Below, piece after piece: positions 60,341-64,000 of a stretch of 64,000 nt of DNA. Numbering within the stretch: position 1 is the stretch's first letter; every line of letters starts with the position of its first letter. Source of the stretch: Leucoraja erinacea (Eukaryota); NCBI RefSeq assembly GCF_028641065.1, contig NC_073378.1, positions 83,948,001 to 84,012,000 on the forward strand. The letters are read 5' to 3'. The position numbers were made by a program, and so were the translations under genes. Below the pieces are notes generated by a model that saw only the letters and a list, made by a program, of their open reading frames with translations, had not been told where the DNA came from and ran no database searches.

Positions 60341-62850
60341 TAGTAAGATTAAACGAGAACTTACCAGTTTGAAGTTTGATCTGTATTTTACGAGGAGTTA
60401 CGATGAGGGATTACGTGAAGAACCACTCCAGCACGCATGTGCGACATACTTCAAAGCTGCGGTGTGGAATCACAGAAACAACACAATAATTGAATAAACA
60501 TAGTAAAGACAAGGAGAACTAAGTTACCAGTTGATCTCTATAATTGAGGGTTTTGAGCGGAGGGCACGTAATCCCTCATCGTAACTCCTCATAAAATACA
60601 GATCAAACTTCAAACTGGTAAGTTCTCATTTAATCTTACTGTTTTACTTCGGAGTCATGTGAGTGACTACGTGAAGATTTTAAAGCTCTGTGATTTCAAA
60701 CCAGGTAACAGTTCATACTTCACTCACTGTCGAAGTCATTCAAGGGAGGAAGTATGTTATCGTAATCAACCATGAATCTGTTTGTAAAATAATAATGGTG
60801 TTATTAACAATAACAAGACCAAAATGCTCCCCCGGGCTTAAATTATATATTTTTTGCAGATTCTAATACTTTTTCTGCAAACGATACAGGTTCTGCCAGC
60901 GGCTTGTTATAAAAGTTTGGAACGTTTTTTCCCTAGACCACCCCACTGTAGCCAGGATGTGGTCCATAGGCATGTCCATCCTCTTAGTCACCGATGTGGA
61001 TGCTGCCCTGGTGGAGTAAGATTTATACACGTTAGTATTTACTCCAGCAACTCCCAGTACCTGCTTGAGCCACGAGATAGTTTGGCTCGTCACCCGACCA
61101 TGAGGTTTCTTGTGGCTGACCCATAAGGCTTTTTCTCTCCCTCGAGGATTTCTTATTGTGTCGATGTAGTTCAATAAGTGGGTCATGACACATAACCGTG
61201 GTTGAGGTGGGTATGCCCGGAATTCCATGACTAGACCTGATGTTCCTGGTCTGCTCTGTTTGACCAGCCCCCAAATGGTAAATGGAACACGGTCTGGTGT
61301 TATAACCATATTGTCCAATCGTAGTAGATGGAGGAACTGGACTCTTTGTGCTGAGACAAGGCCATCAGCATGACCGTCATCAGGGTGGGCTGTTCCAGGG
61401 TGAGGGACCTGGCTGGTGACCATCCCCTAAGGTACGTCAGAACCACACTGACATCCCAGATTTGGGTGTACCTAGGTCTGGGGATTAGAGTTGAATGTGC
61501 CTTTCCTGAATTTGATCACCAGTGGGTGGTACCCTATGGCCTGTTGTCCTGGTGCCTGAGTTAAGTAGGCTGACAGAGCACTTCTGGCTGTGTTGATGGC
61601 GCAGTAGCTGAGTCCTTCATTGTGGTGAAGACTTGCCAGGAACTCCAGTACAGGTTTTGTTGTAGTTGAATATGTAGTTCCTGTATTTGAACAGTATCTT
61701 CCCACTTCTTGATGTTTGCCAAGTATGTTCCCTTGTGGATATGTGATGGGATGCTATCATCATGTCGATAGTGCTGTCTGACAATCCAGGCCCAACAGTG
61801 GTCTTCCCAATTCTGCAACCCAGACCCAGTAAATGGTCTTTTCAAATCTGAAACCCAGTAGTTTAATTTATCGTGGCATGGATGGCTTATGTCTGGAACT
61901 GGGTGAGTTGATAAGTCTGGGCTATTGGGAAAATCATTAGGGTTTTGATGACCATGTCGAGGACCACTGGGAACCATCACTGTGGGTTTGCGTAGTACCC
62001 GACTGATGAGGCCGTAGTACCTGACTGATGAGGTAGAAAAAAGGGGAGAACATAGAGATTAGATTCCCCCTCAGTTCAGCGGGAATGTATCCGTTGCTGC
62101 TGCCTCAAAGTTTGGTTTCATGCGACATACATCGGTACGTGGTGATTCAATTGGAATACAGGGAAATCGATATCTGGTGTTCCATATTGCTTTGTAATTT
62201 CAGCAAATACTTTGGTTTAATATGTCTGTTTACAGTATTTAGTTCACCTGGTAGGTAAGTTTGCTGATGGTCGAATATGTTTGACGACATACGGTTACCA
62301 ATTGTTAAATAAATTGTCAAATGATATCGATTTTATTCTGCCCAAGTGGTTTGGTATATGCCACCACTGTGATGTTGTTAATTTATAAACAAACATGCAA
62401 AATGGTGCACTACTGAACAATATGCTTTTACCAATAGAACGTACTCAATATTTCCAACTAGGTTTTATGCCCAGTATCTATAGTGATGACGACTCCAGAT
62501 TAGTCCATTTGCCACCATGTTCTGGGTATGGGTATTTAGTTTAAACACTAGCACCTTAGCTTTAATGGAAAGGTTCAAGTTGAGTAGCTGGTAATGCTGC
62601 TACTGACTACCAATTACTCTAGCCACTAGTTGAATGGTTGGTTGATTGTTACCATTAATTGTTACAGGTTGTGTCATATGCTGACTCCCCTTATGGCAAT
62701 GTTATAGATGAGTGGGTAGAGTTACTTGAATACCAGATAGTCAATAGTTGTGGATGGTGTCAACGTAGATCTATCTGGATAGTATGACAGAGCCCAGGCT
62801 AAATAAGTTTTAGAAGCTAATGCTGTTGATTAGCTATTCCCATGGATAGT
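60339..62850 (-). mobile_element. DIRS-type tyrosine-recombinase retrotransposon, degraded 3' part
   Basis: YR motifs SAQRVQ, YSTRAASTS and ILATVGWSREKTF. N-terminal domain LSYCAINTARSALS. PDID-type remnant ~62165. 79-bp inverted repeat 60339-60417 / 60565-60643 (ITR/ICR). The upstream boundary is approximate. Confidence 0.88.
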
Positions 62851-64000
62851 CTATTGTTAATATCATAGGGACATCTATACCGAGCCTGCAGACTGGAACC
62901 AGGAATAGGCAACAACACCAGGACCTTGTCACCTGGAGAAAAATTCCTACTAGAAGCCTTCCTGTCGAACGAGTCCTTCATCCTAGACTGAGCAGAAGCA
63001 AGATTACCCATTGCCAGTTTGCATGCCCTCCTCAGTCTAGAGCGAAAAGTACAGACGTGGTCTAAAATACTACGTTTTGTATCCTCCTGCAACCATTTCT
63101 CCTTCAGGACCCTCAACGGACCACGTACAGTATGCGCGAACACCAGGTCAGCAGGACTGAACCTTAAAGACTCCTGCACGACCTCACGCACCGCAAACAT
63201 AACTAGATGAACCCCCTCATCCCAGTCTTTTTCAAACTCCAGGCAGTAAGTCCTCAACATAGATTTCAAAGTCTGGTGAAACCGCTCAAGAGCCCCCTGG
63301 CTCTCAGGATGATACGCACTGGAGTAACAATGCTTAATATCTAACAACTTCATTACCTGACCAAAAACCTTCGACATGAAGTTGGAACCTTGGTCACTCT
63401 GCACAACCTTGGGCAAACCGAACAACGAAAAAAAATTTAGTGAGAGACTTCACAATGGTAGGGGCAGTAATTCTACGCAAAGGGACCACCTCCGGAAAGC
63501 GGGAAGACGCACACATAATTGTCAATAAAAACTTGTTGCCCACCCTTGTCCGAGGTAGAGAACCCACACAATCAACTAGAATCCGCTCAAACGGCTCACC
63601 GACCACAGGGATTGGATATAAAGGCACAGGAACAATCGATTGGTTCGGCTTCACTGCCACCTGGCAAATGTGACTTCACCTGCACTGCTGTTTCACGTCC
63701 TTTTTCAACCCTGGCCAAAAACAATTCCGTAAGATATGGTCATACGTCTTACTGACCCCCAAATGTCCACCCAGAGGACCATCATGAGCCAAACAGAGTA
63801 TCTCGTCCCTATACCGACGAGGCATCACAATCTGATCAACCATGCTCCAATCATCATGCCCAGATATATCCAAGGGAGACCACTTTCGCATCAGTAAGCC
63901 CTCCCTCAGAAAATACCCCTTTGCTGTGGAATCCATATCCCCCTGAGGCACCACGCAGTCGAACAGATCAGATAAACCTGGATCACTCTTTTGCTCCTCA
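62850..64000 (-). mobile_element. Gypsy LTR retrotransposon integrase (frameshifted), running off the window
   Basis: HHCC region AHDGPLGGHLG...CFWPGL, core PFERILVDCVG, QSDQGSNF, YHPESQGALERFHQTLK, and a GPY/F-like end PGDKVLVLLP. Confidence 0.93.

Noticed and set aside
33700-64000. Evx1 and a HOTTIP-like lncRNA
   Set aside because: No Evx homeobox was seen in the window, and lncRNA orthology cannot be established from sequence alone.

Overview
Vertebrate (eukaryotic) DNA: the posterior end of a HoxA cluster on the minus strand, containing miR-196, HoxA10, HoxA11 and HoxA13. Each gene has two exons with a phase-1 GT-AG intron, and all three spliced frames are intact (344, 280 and 297 aa). 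There is no intact Hox12. The repeat content and the lack of poly-Ala tracts point to a cartilaginous fish, probably a skate or ray (inference). The first ~39 kb is almost free of transposons, and DNA up to ~47 kb is AT-rich but keeps its CpGs. Beyond ~47 kb the sequence is CpG-poor and packed with decayed elements: Rex1/Babar and CR1 LINEs, Tc1, hAT and Harbinger MITEs, DIRS and Gypsy. Six assembly gaps are present. The most interesting signals are: (1) a possible fossil of the lost HoxA12 gene between HoxA11 and HoxA13; (2) a possible HoxA14 exon-1 remnant upstream of HoxA13; (3) a stop codon that turns the HoxA10 N-terminal extension into a 3-codon uORF; (4) a dispersed repeat carrying a minimal hammerhead-ribozyme-like core, one copy inside the cluster; (5) an ancient DeuSINE-like fragment inside the cluster; (6) a triple-nested transposon insertion. 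The two fossil-gene calls are by-eye, borderline alignments to recalled protein sequences and need formal testing.
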